Assembly: GCA_038231135.1 (NCBI GenBank)
Contig: JBBRLX010000001.1
Coordinates: forward strand, 192,001-256,000
DNA: 64,000 nt
Direction of reading: 5' to 3'
From: Candidatus Eiseniibacteriota bacterium
GTDB taxonomy: Bacteria; Eisenbacteria; RBG-16-71-46
Shown: in pieces, positions 31,265 to 40,583 of the stretch
Layout of the letters: the number at the start of each line of letters is the position of its first letter
How positions within the stretch are numbered: position 1 is the first letter of the stretch
The notes under the pieces: model-generated
Told to the model about the DNA's origin: nothing
The model's input: the letters and a program-made list of their open reading frames with translations, nothing else
Databases searched by the model: none
Position numbers and translations under genes: made by a program

Positions 31265-31514
31265 CGAAGTCTCCTCGTCCGGCATGGCGGACGATCACAC
31301 ACAAGGGGAACACGGAATGGCACAAGGGGAATGAGGGGAGCGAGTCTAACAGGGGGGACGAGGCCGCGCCAAACCCCGGCGGACTCGCGCCGGCGAGCCC
31401 GGACGCTGCCGCCGCAGACGGGCGATAATGTTGCGGACATGCGGGTTTCCATGGCGCCCGCCCCCGCCCTGTGCTACCCATCAATCACGCCGCGACCGTC
31501 CAACGGAGGGATGC

Positions 31515-32624
31515 ATGCGCAACGATGCCGCGGTCCGCACCGCCGAGCCGGAGACGGCCGGCAAGATCGCGCCCTGGCCCACCCAGGTGCTCGACGCGCT
31601 GGAACAGGCCGTGGTGGGTCTAGACCGCGAACGGCGTGTGGTCTACAACAACCGCCGCATCGAGGAGTTGCTCGGCATCGAGTCCGGCGCGCTGATCGGC
31701 ACCGCGGGGTCCCGGGTGTTCCCGGGCGCCGACGCACGCTGGCTCAAGGGTGCGTCCCGCGAGACCCGGGACTTCAAGTTCGAAACCGAGGGCCGCGAAC
31801 TGACGCTCAAGGCCGAGGCGCTGCCGATCCGCGACGAGGATGGCGACCTGGTCGGCTCGGTGGTGCTGGCCGAGGCGATCTCCGAGTCCGAGGATGGTGA
31901 ATTCCAGAAGAAGATCGACCGGCTGGTGTCGCTGGGCGAGCTGTCGGCCTACGTGGCGCACGAGATCCGCAACCCGCTGACCGGCATCCGCACCACGGTG
32001 CAGTTCGTGGGCTCCAAGTTCAAGCCCCACGACCCCCGCCGCGAGGACCTGGAAGACGTCATCAAGGAGCTCGACCGCATCGAGCAGATCATCACCGGCC
32101 TGCTGCTGTTCGCGAAGCCACCGGCGGCCCGGCCGCAGCCGTGCGACCTCGAACAGGTGCTCGAGAAGACCCTCGACATGCTCGAGCTCCAGCTCGGGGA
32201 CGCCCAGGTCCAGCTCCACAAGGACTACGCGCCCGACCTGCCGCTGGTCTACGCCGACCCCGACCTGACGCAGCAGGTGTTCCTGAACCTGAGCCTCAAC
32301 GCCGTGCAGGCGATGCCCCAGGGCGGTGAACTCCACGTCACGACCGGGGTGCGGCGCTACCGCACCCGCCGGTCGATGGTGGACGTGTCGTTCCATGACA
32401 CCGGCGTCGGGATTCCGAAGGAGCTGATGGAGAAGGTGTTCGACCCGTTCTTCACCACCCGCTCGATGGGCACCGGGCTCGGCCTGCCGATCTCGGTGCA
32501 GATCGTGCGGGACGTGGGGGGCATGATCACCGCGAAGAACAATCCCAGCGGCGGCGGCGCCACGCTGCGCGTGTCGTTCCCGGTCCCGACCGAACCCACG
32601 GGCCGCACCGAGGAGCTGCCATGA
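31515..32624 (+). CDS. Cytoplasmic PAS-domain sensor histidine kinase (NtrB-like)
   Basis: PAS domain, H-box AHEIRNPL, N-box QVFLNL..NA, DTGVGI and FDPFFTT..GTGLGL; no TM segment. Confidence 0.93.
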   Translation: MRNDAAVRTAEPETAGKIAPWPTQVLDALEQAVVGLDRERRVVYNNRRIEELLGIESGALIGTAGSRVFPGADARWLKGASRETRDFKFETEGRELTLKAEALPIRDEDGDLVGSVVLAEAISESEDGEFQKKIDRLVSLGELSAYVAHEIRNPLTGIRTTVQFVGSKFKPHDPRREDLEDVIKELDRIEQIITGLLLFAKPPAARPQPCDLEQVLEKTLDMLELQLGDAQVQLHKDYAPDLPLVYADPDLTQQVFLNLSLNAVQAMPQGGELHVTTGVRRYRTRRSMVDVSFHDTGVGIPKELMEKVFDPFFTTRSMGTGLGLPISVQIVRDVGGMITAKNNPSGGGATLRVSFPVPTEPTGRTEELP

Positions 32625-34012
32625 AGACCTCGGTGCTGGTCGTCGACGACGAGCTGCTGATCCGAAAGTCGCTGTCCAAGGTGCTGCGGGCCCGCGGGCT
32701 CAAGGTCGAGGTCGCGAGCACCGGGGGCGAGGGCCTCGAGAAGGCCGCCGAAGAGCGGCCCCAGGTCATGATCCTCGACATGCGGCTGCCGGACACCGAC
32801 GGGCTGTCGGTGCTGCGCAAGGTCCGCGAGATGGATCCGCTGCTCCAGGTGATCGTCATCACCGCGTTCGGCGACGTGCAATCGGCGGTGGACGCCATGA
32901 AGCTCGGGGCCTGCGACTTCCTGAGGAAGCCCTACGAGATGGAGGACATCGCGCTGGCGGTGGAGTCGGCGGGCAAGAATTTCCGGCAGGCCAGCGAGCT
33001 CGACCTCTACCGGCGCCAGGCGTGGCGGAACTATTCCGGAGACGAGATCGTCGGGCACTCGGGCAGGATGCGCGAAGTGCGCGGGCTCATCGACAAGGTG
33101 GTGCGCAGCCAGGCCACGTCTGTGCTCATCACCGGCGAGAGCGGGACCGGCAAGGAACTGGTCGCCCGAGCAATTCATTACCGCAGCGACCGCGGAAAAT
33201 CCCCGCTGATGGAGATCAACTGCTCGTCGTTCAACGAGAATCTGCTCGAGAACGAACTGTTCGGCCACGAGCGCGGCGCGTTCACCGATGCCTCGGAGTT
33301 GAAGAAGGGCCTGGTCGAGCTGTGCGATGGGGGCACGCTGTTCCTCGACGAGGTCGCCGACATGCCGCTGCCCACCCAGGCGCGCCTGCTGCGGTTCATC
33401 GATCAGCGGCATTTCAAGCGGGTCGGCGGGGCCGAGGACATCGCGGTCGACATCCGCATCGTCGCCGCCACCAACAAGGATCTCGAGGCCGAGGTGAAGG
33501 CGCTGCGGTTCCGCCACGACCTGTATTTCCGGCTCAAGGTGGTGCGGATCCATCTGCCGCCGCTGCGGGATCGCGGCGACGACGTGCAACTGCTCACCGG
33601 GCACTTCCTGCGGGAGTTCTCGAGGAAGTTCAGCAAGCAATTCACCGAGGTCACCCCCGACGCGCTCGCTCAGATGCGGGCGTACTCGTGGCCGGGTAAC
33701 GTGCGTGAACTGCGTAACGTGATCGAGCGCGTGGCGCTGCTCGAAGAAGGCGAGCGGCTCGAAGCCGAGCATCTGCCGCCCGAAGTGCTGGGTCGCCGCG
33801 CCACGCATACCGATGCATCGACCGATGACTCCGAAGCCATCTCGCTGCGCACGCTCGCGCAGATCGAGGCCGATCACATCAGCGAAGTGCTGCGTCTCAC
33901 CGCGGGAAACAAGAGCCGCGCGTCGAGAATCCTCGGGATCTCCCGCCAGGGATTGATCGAGAAGCTGCGGCGGCTGCGCATGGAAGAAGCCGTCGATCGT
34001 CAAGTATCTTGA
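32621..34012 (+). CDS. Sigma54-dependent response regulator (REC-AAA+-Fis HTH)
   Basis: VVDDE/LDM REC domain, GESGTGKE, ENELFGHERGAFTDA, LFLDE, WPGNVREL and HTH NKSRASRILGISR. Confidence 0.96.
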   Translation: MKTSVLVVDDELLIRKSLSKVLRARGLKVEVASTGGEGLEKAAEERPQVMILDMRLPDTDGLSVLRKVREMDPLLQVIVITAFGDVQSAVDAMKLGACDFLRKPYEMEDIALAVESAGKNFRQASELDLYRRQAWRNYSGDEIVGHSGRMREVRGLIDKVVRSQATSVLITGESGTGKELVARAIHYRSDRGKSPLMEINCSSFNENLLENELFGHERGAFTDASELKKGLVELCDGGTLFLDEVADMPLPTQARLLRFIDQRHFKRVGGAEDIAVDIRIVAATNKDLEAEVKALRFRHDLYFRLKVVRIHLPPLRDRGDDVQLLTGHFLREFSRKFSKQFTEVTPDALAQMRAYSWPGNVRELRNVIERVALLEEGERLEAEHLPPEVLGRRATHTDASTDDSEAISLRTLAQIEADHISEVLRLTAGNKSRASRILGISRQGLIEKLRRLRMEEAVDRQVS

Positions 34013-34222
34013 CACCAGCAACGAAATGGACAGTTGATCGTAAGTGATTGTGGAACAAGCTGATAACTTGAGTGTTCCGCGTAACACAGCACAAAACTAG
34101 ACACTTACAGGTTCTGTCCACCGCGATATCCACACCTGCTCCGCGGCCAGACATCGCCGACCCCGCCTCAAAGCCCACCAATATCAGTCATTTGCGACAT
34201 CCGGTGTTCGTCGATGTGCGAT

Positions 34223-34238
34223 TGGCATGCTACGTGCC
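34223..34238 (+). promoter_or_regulatory. Sigma54 -24/-12 promoter
   Basis: TGGCATGCTACGTGC has GG-N10-GC. An IHF-like TATCAGTCATTTG lies at 34182-34194, with an AT-rich upstream region. Confidence 0.75.
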
Positions 34239-34385
34239 TCTGTATAGATCGAGGCCATGCGGTGCGCTCGGGCGCGCTGCGACGTGGCCGCCCCGGCCGA
34301 GCAGCTCGGCGGCCAATATCAGTGTTGTGGCATGCGTATCAGTCGCGTGCCGATGGTTCGATACCACCGAGGAGGTGATTCTCCG

Positions 34386-34451
34386 ATGCCGGCGAAGAAG
34401 AAGGCCACGAAGAAGAAGGCTGCCAAGAAGGGTGGAAAGAAGAAGAAGTAA
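34386..34451 (+). CDS. 21-aa Lys/Ala-rich basic micropeptide MPAKKKATKKKAAKKGGKKKK
   Basis: Strong SD GGAGGTGA 7 nt upstream; nearly all Lys codons are AAG; own terminator downstream. Confidence 0.8.
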   Translation: MPAKKKATKKKAAKKGGKKKK

Positions 34452-34477
34452 ATTGATTTAGGACCTGGCACGTCCTT

Positions 34478-34520
34478 GGGGATTGGTTGGCGCCTGACGT
34501 CGGCCAATCCCCGTTTTTGT
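34478..34520 (+). terminator. Rho-independent terminator after the micropeptide
   Basis: GGGGATTGGTTGGCG-loop-CGTCGGCCAATCCCC followed by GTTTTTGT. Confidence 0.8.
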
Positions 34521-34534
34521 TCCACGTTGCGAGT

Positions 34535-34697
34535 GCCGGCCGTGTGCGAACGGGATGAAGCACGCAAAGGGAACGTGTTTCGTATCGCCGCACGCCGCTA
34601 CAAAACGACGCAGCTGGAGGCTTTGCGCTAGGGCTGGCCGGTTTTCCTCCAGTTCGTTGCAGCGGCCCGCTCACGGAAGGGCGGGCCGTTTGCGTTT
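34535..34697 (+). ncRNA. Candidate structured non-coding RNA ending in a terminator-like hairpin (strand uncertain)
   Basis: Stems 34555-64/34574-83, 34594-99/34661-66, 34604-08/34654-58 and 34613-20/34646-53. GC hairpin 34662-34689 followed by TTGCGTTT. Confidence 0.4.
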
Positions 34698-34820
34698 CCC
34701 TCCCCGCGTCGCCCCGCCTTGCGCCCTCCGCTATAGTCACGGGTTCCGGCCGCATAGCTCCCGTCGCCAGGAACCGGCAGGCGATCGGGTTCCAACCGCA
34801 GCGCGCGAGAGGACCCTCTT

Positions 34821-37607
34821 GTGAACCCGGCTCCCGGCCGCGACTTCATCCAGGTCCGCGGCGCCCGCCAGCACAACCTCAAGAACCTCGACGTCGACAT
34901 TCCGCGGGGCCGGATCACGGTGATCACCGGCGTTTCGGGGTCGGGCAAGTCGTCGCTCGCGTTCGACACGCTGTACGCCGAGGGCCAGCGCCGCTACGTG
35001 GAGTCGGTGTCCACCTACGCCAAGCAGTATCTCGATCGGCTGCCGCGGCCGGACGTCGACGGGATCGCGGGGCTGACGCCGGCGATCGCCATCCAGCAGC
35101 TCGCGCCGGCGCGCAGCGCCCGTTCGACGGTGGGCACCACGACCGAGCTCTACGACTTCCTGCGCCTGCTGTTCGCGCGGCTCGGGACCGTCCACTGCCC
35201 GGATTGCGACCGCCCGGTGGCGGCGGATTCGCCGGACAGCATCACGCGCGAGTCCGCGGCGTGGCAGCCCGGCGAGCCGGTGATCGTGGTCGCGGCGGTC
35301 ACGCGGCCCGCCGGCATGAGCTGGGAGGAGCACGCCGGTCATCTGCTCAAGGCCGGCTACACGCGCATCCTCTCGAACGACGCGATCACGCCGCTCGATC
35401 CGCTGCCGCGCCTGGGCAAGGCGGAGCGCACCGTGCGCGTGGTGGTCGACCGGTTCACGTGGCAGCCGGGTGAAGCGTCGCGGCTCGCCGAGGCCGCGGA
35501 GGCGGCGTTCCGCCGCGGCGAGGGCCGGCTCGAATTGCGCCATGGCGAGGGTCCGTTCGAGCCGCGCAGCGAGCGCTGGGAGTGTTCCGCATGCGGTGGG
35601 GCCGCGGTGCGGCCAGAGCCGAACCTGTTCTCGTTCAACAGCCCGATCGGCGTGTGCCCGGCGTGCCGCGGCTTCGGCAACGTGCTCACGTTCCAGCGCT
35701 CGCTGATCGTGCCGGATCCGTCGCTCACGCTGCGGGAGGGTGCGATCCGGCCGTGGGCGGGATCGTGGAAGAAGCTATTCTGGCCCCGGGTCGAGAAGCT
35801 CGCCGCCGAGCGCGGGATCGCGCTCGACATGCCGTGGCGCCGGCTGCCCGCGGCGCAGCGCGAGCTGCTGATGGACGGCGGACCCGGCTTCCGCGGCGCG
35901 ATCCCGTTCCTCGAGCGGCTGGCGCAGAAGAGCTACTCCGTCGGCAACCGGTTCGTGGTGAAGAAGTACCAGACCGCGGTGCCGTGCGCCGCGTGCGGCG
36001 GCTCGCGGCTGCGGCCCGAGGCGCTGCGCGTGCGGCTCGGCGGCCGGACGATCGCGGACGTGAACGCGATGACGGTGAGCACGGTGTCGGAGTACTTCGC
36101 GGCGCTGGAGTTCTCGGCGAGCGAGCGCGGGATCGCGGGGCCGGTGCTGAGCGAGCTGGACCACCGGCTCGAGTTCCTGCGGCGCGTCGACCTCGGCTAC
36201 CTCACGCTCGACCGGCTCACGCGCACGCTGTCCGGGGGCGAGGCGCAGCGGATCGAGCTGGCGAATGCGCTGGGCGCGAACCTGGCCGACACGCTCTACG
36301 TCCTCGACGAGCCGACGATCGGCCTGCACCCGCGCGATACCGACCGGCTCACCGCGATCCTGGGCGAGCTCGCCGGCCGCGGCAACACGCTGGTGGTGGT
36401 GGAGCACGAGCCGCGCGTGATGAGCGTGGCCGAGCACGTGATCGACATGGGCCCGGGCGCGGGGGAGCGCGGCGGCGAGATCCTCTACGCCGGTCCTGGC
36501 GGGGCGGCGCTCGCCGCCGCCGCCACGGACACCGCCCGCTACCTGAGGCGCGAGAAGCGCGTCACCCGCAAGCGCGTGACGGGCCAGCCCCGCAAGTTCA
36601 TCACGGTCGAGGGCGCCACCGAGCACAACCTCGAGGACGTCACCGCGCGGTTTCCGCTGGGGCGGCTGACGGCCGTGACCGGCGTATCGGGCTCGGGCAA
36701 GAGCGCGCTGGTCGAGGACGTGCTGTTCCGCGCCGCTCAGGTGGTGTTCGAGGAGCGCGCGCCCGAGCCGCCCGGCGCCCATCGCTCGATCACGGGGCTC
36801 GACGCGCTCGAGCGGGTGGTGATGGTCGACCAGTCGCCGATCGGACGCTCGCCGCGCTCCTGCCCGGTCACCTACCTCGGTGCCTACGCTCCGCTGCGCG
36901 AGATCTACGGGCGCCAGCCGGTCGCGCTCGCGAAGGGTCTCAAGGACGGCGCGTTCTCGTTCAACACCACGGGCGGGCGCTGCGAGACCTGTGAGGGCGC
37001 GGGCTCGGTGACGGTCGAGATGTACTTCCTCGCCGACCTCGTGGTGCCGTGCGAGGACTGCGACGGCGCGCGGTTCCGCCGCGAGGTGCTGGATGTCCGC
37101 TACCGCGGGCTCAACATCCGGCAGGCGCTCGACCTCACCGCCGACCAGGCGTTCGAGCACTTCGCCGCCGAGCCGCGGTTCACGCGCGCGCTCCACATCC
37201 TGCGCCGCGTGGGGCTCGGGTACCTCACGCTCGGCCAGCCGTCGAACCAGCTGTCCGGGGGGGAGGCGCAGCGGCTCAAGATCGCGCGCGAACTGGGTGC
37301 GCGGGGCGCCGGGCCCACGCTCTACCTGCTCGACGAGCCGACCGTCGGACTGCACTGGTCCGACATCCAGCAGCTGCTCACGGTGCTCGACGATCTCGTC
37401 GCGCGCGGCGACACCGTGGTCGTCGTCGAGCACAACCTCGACGTCATCCGAAATTGCGACTGGATCGTGGACCTCGGTCCCGAGGGCGGCGACGGCGGCG
37501 GCCGGCTGATGGCCGAGGGCCCGCCGGAAACGGTCGCCGCGACGCCGGAGTCCTGGACCGGTCGCTACCTGCGCGAGGAGGAGTCGCTGGCGGCGGCGGA
37601 GTCGTAG
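34821..37607 (+). CDS. uvrA: Excinuclease ABC subunit A (divergent paralog-like)
   Basis: GARQHNLKN, two GVSGSGKS Walker A motifs, two LSGGEAQR signatures, LDEPT and CxxC zinc fingers. Confidence 0.93.
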   Translation: MNPAPGRDFIQVRGARQHNLKNLDVDIPRGRITVITGVSGSGKSSLAFDTLYAEGQRRYVESVSTYAKQYLDRLPRPDVDGIAGLTPAIAIQQLAPARSARSTVGTTTELYDFLRLLFARLGTVHCPDCDRPVAADSPDSITRESAAWQPGEPVIVVAAVTRPAGMSWEEHAGHLLKAGYTRILSNDAITPLDPLPRLGKAERTVRVVVDRFTWQPGEASRLAEAAEAAFRRGEGRLELRHGEGPFEPRSERWECSACGGAAVRPEPNLFSFNSPIGVCPACRGFGNVLTFQRSLIVPDPSLTLREGAIRPWAGSWKKLFWPRVEKLAAERGIALDMPWRRLPAAQRELLMDGGPGFRGAIPFLERLAQKSYSVGNRFVVKKYQTAVPCAACGGSRLRPEALRVRLGGRTIADVNAMTVSTVSEYFAALEFSASERGIAGPVLSELDHRLEFLRRVDLGYLTLDRLTRTLSGGEAQRIELANALGANLADTLYVLDEPTIGLHPRDTDRLTAILGELAGRGNTLVVVEHEPRVMSVAEHVIDMGPGAGERGGEILYAGPGGAALAAAATDTARYLRREKRVTRKRVTGQPRKFITVEGATEHNLEDVTARFPLGRLTAVTGVSGSGKSALVEDVLFRAAQVVFEERAPEPPGAHRSITGLDALERVVMVDQSPIGRSPRSCPVTYLGAYAPLREIYGRQPVALAKGLKDGAFSFNTTGGRCETCEGAGSVTVEMYFLADLVVPCEDCDGARFRREVLDVRYRGLNIRQALDLTADQAFEHFAAEPRFTRALHILRRVGLGYLTLGQPSNQLSGGEAQRLKIARELGARGAGPTLYLLDEPTVGLHWSDIQQLLTVLDDLVARGDTVVVVEHNLDVIRNCDWIVDLGPEGGDGGGRLMAEGPPETVAATPESWTGRYLREEESLAAAES

Positions 37608-39442
37608 CGCCCCGCACCGACGAGGATCGCGTGGGCGAGGCGCCCGATGGAATCGTCCGGCGCCGTTCGCTCGATCACGGCGAGTTGGGCGAGCGCCGCG
37701 TCGGGCCGGCCGGACCGCAGCAGCGCGACGCTGTAGGCGAACCGCAGCCGGGGTTCGTCCGGATAGCGGACGAGCACGCGTTCGAGGAACGCGGGTGCCG
37801 GGCGTGACCAGTGATACCGCGTCATGAGCTCGGCGATCGCGATCGCGGCCGCGGCCCCGGTTCCCGCGTGCCACATGAATCCCGCCCCGACGGGTACGAA
37901 CACCTCGCGATCGAGATACGCATTGCTCCAATCGTGAACGTAGGCGACCCGGGTCACGCCGGGTAAGAACACCCGCGCGACCCGGCCGGAGTCGGACAGC
38001 GCCTCGACCAGATCGTAGCCCTGGTCGCGAACCTCCGGATACTCGCGTCCCGAGCGCGCGCCGAACGTGCGTGAGGCCCCCGTGGGGCTGAAGAATACGA
38101 GGTCACGGGTCGCGGGCGTCAGGTTCCCGCGCAGCGATTCCCCGACGTTGCGTTCCACCTGAATTCCGCGCAGGAACGGGTCGAGCAGCAGGTCCGAGTG
38201 CTCCACCATGGCATGCAGCCGGTGGTCGATCGTGGCATTGGCCTGGATCGCGTAGGCCGCGGCGATCGCGCCCGCCACGGCCGGCACCGCCAGGCGACGG
38301 AGCCGGGGCCGGCTCCGCGAAACCGCGGCGCCGGTCAGCGCCTCGATGGCCGTCGCCAGCGCCACCGCGAGGCCGGCGCTGGCGGCGTATGCGTAGTGTC
38401 CGTATGCCCGGTTCGCGAGCAGCAGCACCGGCAGCAGGCCCAGCACCCACCAGCCGGTGCCGAACATCAGCAGGGATCGGACGCGCCCCCGGTCCCGCCG
38501 CGCGGCGAGCCAGGCGCCGGCGAGCACGACCACCGCGGGCACTGCCACCCGCCACGCGGCCGGATCCCACGCGCCCACGCGATCGGGCAGCGTCGTCCAC
38601 ACGGAGACGAACCACGACAGGTAGGTGGCGAGATTGCGAACGACGTTCATCCCCGGAGCGATGGCGTACGGGGTGCCTGAGGAGGACGGCTGGATCGCGA
38701 AGAACGCCACCGCGGCGATCACGGAAATTGCGGGCAGCGCGAGCCGGGAGGCGAGGGCCGGCCGCGGCCGGGCCGGTTCGGGCGGCGCGACGCCGGGCGC
38801 CGCCGCGTCCTGGGCGACCGGACGCCGGTCCTCGAATGGCGGCACGATCCACAGCAGGAATGGCATGGCGAGGATCGATTCCTTGCTGAGCAGGCCGAGC
38901 ACGAATAGCGCCGCGGCGACCGGCGTGGAACCACGGGCGCGCCGCTGCAGCACCCACCACGCCAGCAGCCAGCAGGTGAGCGCGAGCGAATCGTTGAGGG
39001 TGACGGCGCGATGCAGCACGGTGACGAACAGCGGGCACGCGCCGAACACGATCACGGCGAGCGTCGCGGCGGTGCGCGAGCCGCCCTGGCGCCGCGCCAC
39101 GAGGAACAGCAGACCGCAATTCGCCAGGTGCACAGCGAGATTCACCGCCATGAACGGCGCGGGAACGGCCCCGAACAGCTTCAGCATCACCCGGAAGTAG
39201 ACGACCTGGCTCAGGATGCGCCAGATCATGGCCGGCGTCGGCAGGATTCCCAGCGCCTGCTCCATGTGCAGACAATCGTCCGGGGCGAAGAACGAACTCA
39301 GCGCGCGCCGCTGGACGACCGCCACGACGAGCAGCGCGAGGCCGAGGATCAGGAGCGATCCCGGCGCCACCGGCGAACGCCGCGCGCGACCCGGACGACC
39401 TGCGGGTGTTGCGGAGTTTCCCAGGCGCCCTCCGCCATTCAT
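37565..39442 (-). CDS. GT-C fold membrane glycosyltransferase, TMTC-like, with C-terminal TPR
   Basis: TM1-FFAPDD, PF.AVNLAVHLAN and LLSKES motifs; many TM segments; C-terminal TPR-like YPDEPRLRFAYSVALL..GRPDAAL. Confidence 0.7.
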   Translation of the reverse strand: MNGGGRLGNSATPAGRPGRARRSPVAPGSLLILGLALLVVAVVQRRALSSFFAPDDCLHMEQALGILPTPAMIWRILSQVVYFRVMLKLFGAVPAPFMAVNLAVHLANCGLLFLVARRQGGSRTAATLAVIVFGACPLFVTVLHRAVTLNDSLALTCWLLAWWVLQRRARGSTPVAAALFVLGLLSKESILAMPFLLWIVPPFEDRRPVAQDAAAPGVAPPEPARPRPALASRLALPAISVIAAVAFFAIQPSSSGTPYAIAPGMNVVRNLATYLSWFVSVWTTLPDRVGAWDPAAWRVAVPAVVVLAGAWLAARRDRGRVRSLLMFGTGWWVLGLLPVLLLANRAYGHYAYAASAGLAVALATAIEALTGAAVSRSRPRLRRLAVPAVAGAIAAAYAIQANATIDHRLHAMVEHSDLLLDPFLRGIQVERNVGESLRGNLTPATRDLVFFSPTGASRTFGARSGREYPEVRDQGYDLVEALSDSGRVARVFLPGVTRVAYVHDWSNAYLDREVFVPVGAGFMWHAGTGAAAAIAIAELMTRYHWSRPAPAFLERVLVRYPDEPRLRFAYSVALLRSGRPDAALAQLAVIERTAPDDSIGRLAHAILVGAGRYDSAAASDSSSRR

Positions 39443-39458
39443 GTCCCGTACCGTGAAA

Positions 39459-40361
39459 CTAGCTGTTCGCCAGCTCCTCGGGCAGCGCGCGGTCGAGCGC
39501 CACGGTGCGGGCCTCGGTGATGCCGAGCACCGCGTCCTCGACCACGATGCCACGGATCAGCTCGAACGGCACGAGCTCGAAGCACACGTTGCGCGGCAGC
39601 ACGCCGCGCGGCGCCTCGGTCCACACTTCATCCGGGGACAGCTCCTGGATCTTGAGCGCCCCGGTCGACGCCGGCAGGAACTTGCGGCGGGTGGCGATCA
39701 CGTAGACCGGCACCGAGTGCTCGCGCGCGGCGAGCGCCAGCGCGAACGAGCCGACCTTGTTCACGACGCCGCGGTCGGTGATCGCGTCGGCGCCGATCCA
39801 CACCATGCGTGCGCCCGACAGCAGCATCGGCAGCGCGGCGTCGACGACCAGCCACACCGGAATGCCGGCGGCGGCGAGCCCGGCCGCGAGGGCGCGGCCC
39901 TCGAACAGCGGCCGGCTCTCCGACAGCAGCACGCGCGGCGCGCGGTTCAGGCGCTTCGCGAGCAGCAGCGCATCGCGCACGGCGGAGCTGGCCGAGAGCG
40001 TGGCGACGAACGCGTCGGTTTCGTTCAGCAGCCCGACGGCCAGCTGCGCCGCGCCGAGCTGCGCGGCGGCGAGGTCCTCGCGCTCGCTGGCGCACGACTG
40101 GCTGAGCGACTGCCGCAACTCGGGCGCACCCACTTCGCGGGACACCCCGGCGTTCGCCACCTCGAGCGCCCGGGCCGCGAGCTGGTGAACGAGCGCCATG
40201 GTGGGCTGGGAGGCCTGGGCCGCGCGCAGCCACTCGTACAGCGCCTGGCGCAGCCCGGCGGCGGCGCGGGAGCGGTCGGTGGCGAGCCAGGTCTCGAGCT
40301 CGTCCAGGAATCGCATGGCGACGCCGGTCGAGCCGGACAAGTGGTCTTCGGCCAGGCTCAT
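39459..40361 (-). CDS. eIF-2B alpha/beta/delta-like sugar-phosphate isomerase family protein
   Basis: SG, QPTMA, ESRPLFEG, IGADAI, VVNKVGS and NVCFELVP motifs. Confidence 0.85.
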   Translation of the reverse strand: MSLAEDHLSGSTGVAMRFLDELETWLATDRSRAAAGLRQALYEWLRAAQASQPTMALVHQLAARALEVANAGVSREVGAPELRQSLSQSCASEREDLAAAQLGAAQLAVGLLNETDAFVATLSASSAVRDALLLAKRLNRAPRVLLSESRPLFEGRALAAGLAAAGIPVWLVVDAALPMLLSGARMVWIGADAITDRGVVNKVGSFALALAAREHSVPVYVIATRRKFLPASTGALKIQELSPDEVWTEAPRGVLPRNVCFELVPFELIRGIVVEDAVLGITEARTVALDRALPEELANS

Positions 40362-40583
40362 GGACACTCCGGAAGCAGCGAATCTGGGCGCATGGCCGCA
40401 TGGTAGCAGCTTCGTTGGCGGGGCCCGACGTGCCTGTGTTAACTTCGTCCGTTACAAAACGTTCGAACGCCGGACCTCGGCTTCGACAACCCACTGCTGT
40501 CGTTTCGGCTGCGCCCCGTACGCCCGCCATGGGCCTTCGCGCATGGCCCGGGTGTCACCTTTCGCGTCCCGACCACGGAATCC

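Noticed and set aside
31318..31335. TGGCAC as a sigma54 promoter upstream of the kinase
   Set aside because: No GC at the -12 position.
33265..33295. GAFTDA instead of GAFTGA as a sign of a non-functional activator
   Set aside because: GAFTDA is a common natural variant in sigma54 activators.
40436..40470. AT-rich imperfect palindrome as an SOS or other operator
   Set aside because: It does not match a LexA box I can support, and no similar site is evident before uvrA or uvrB.
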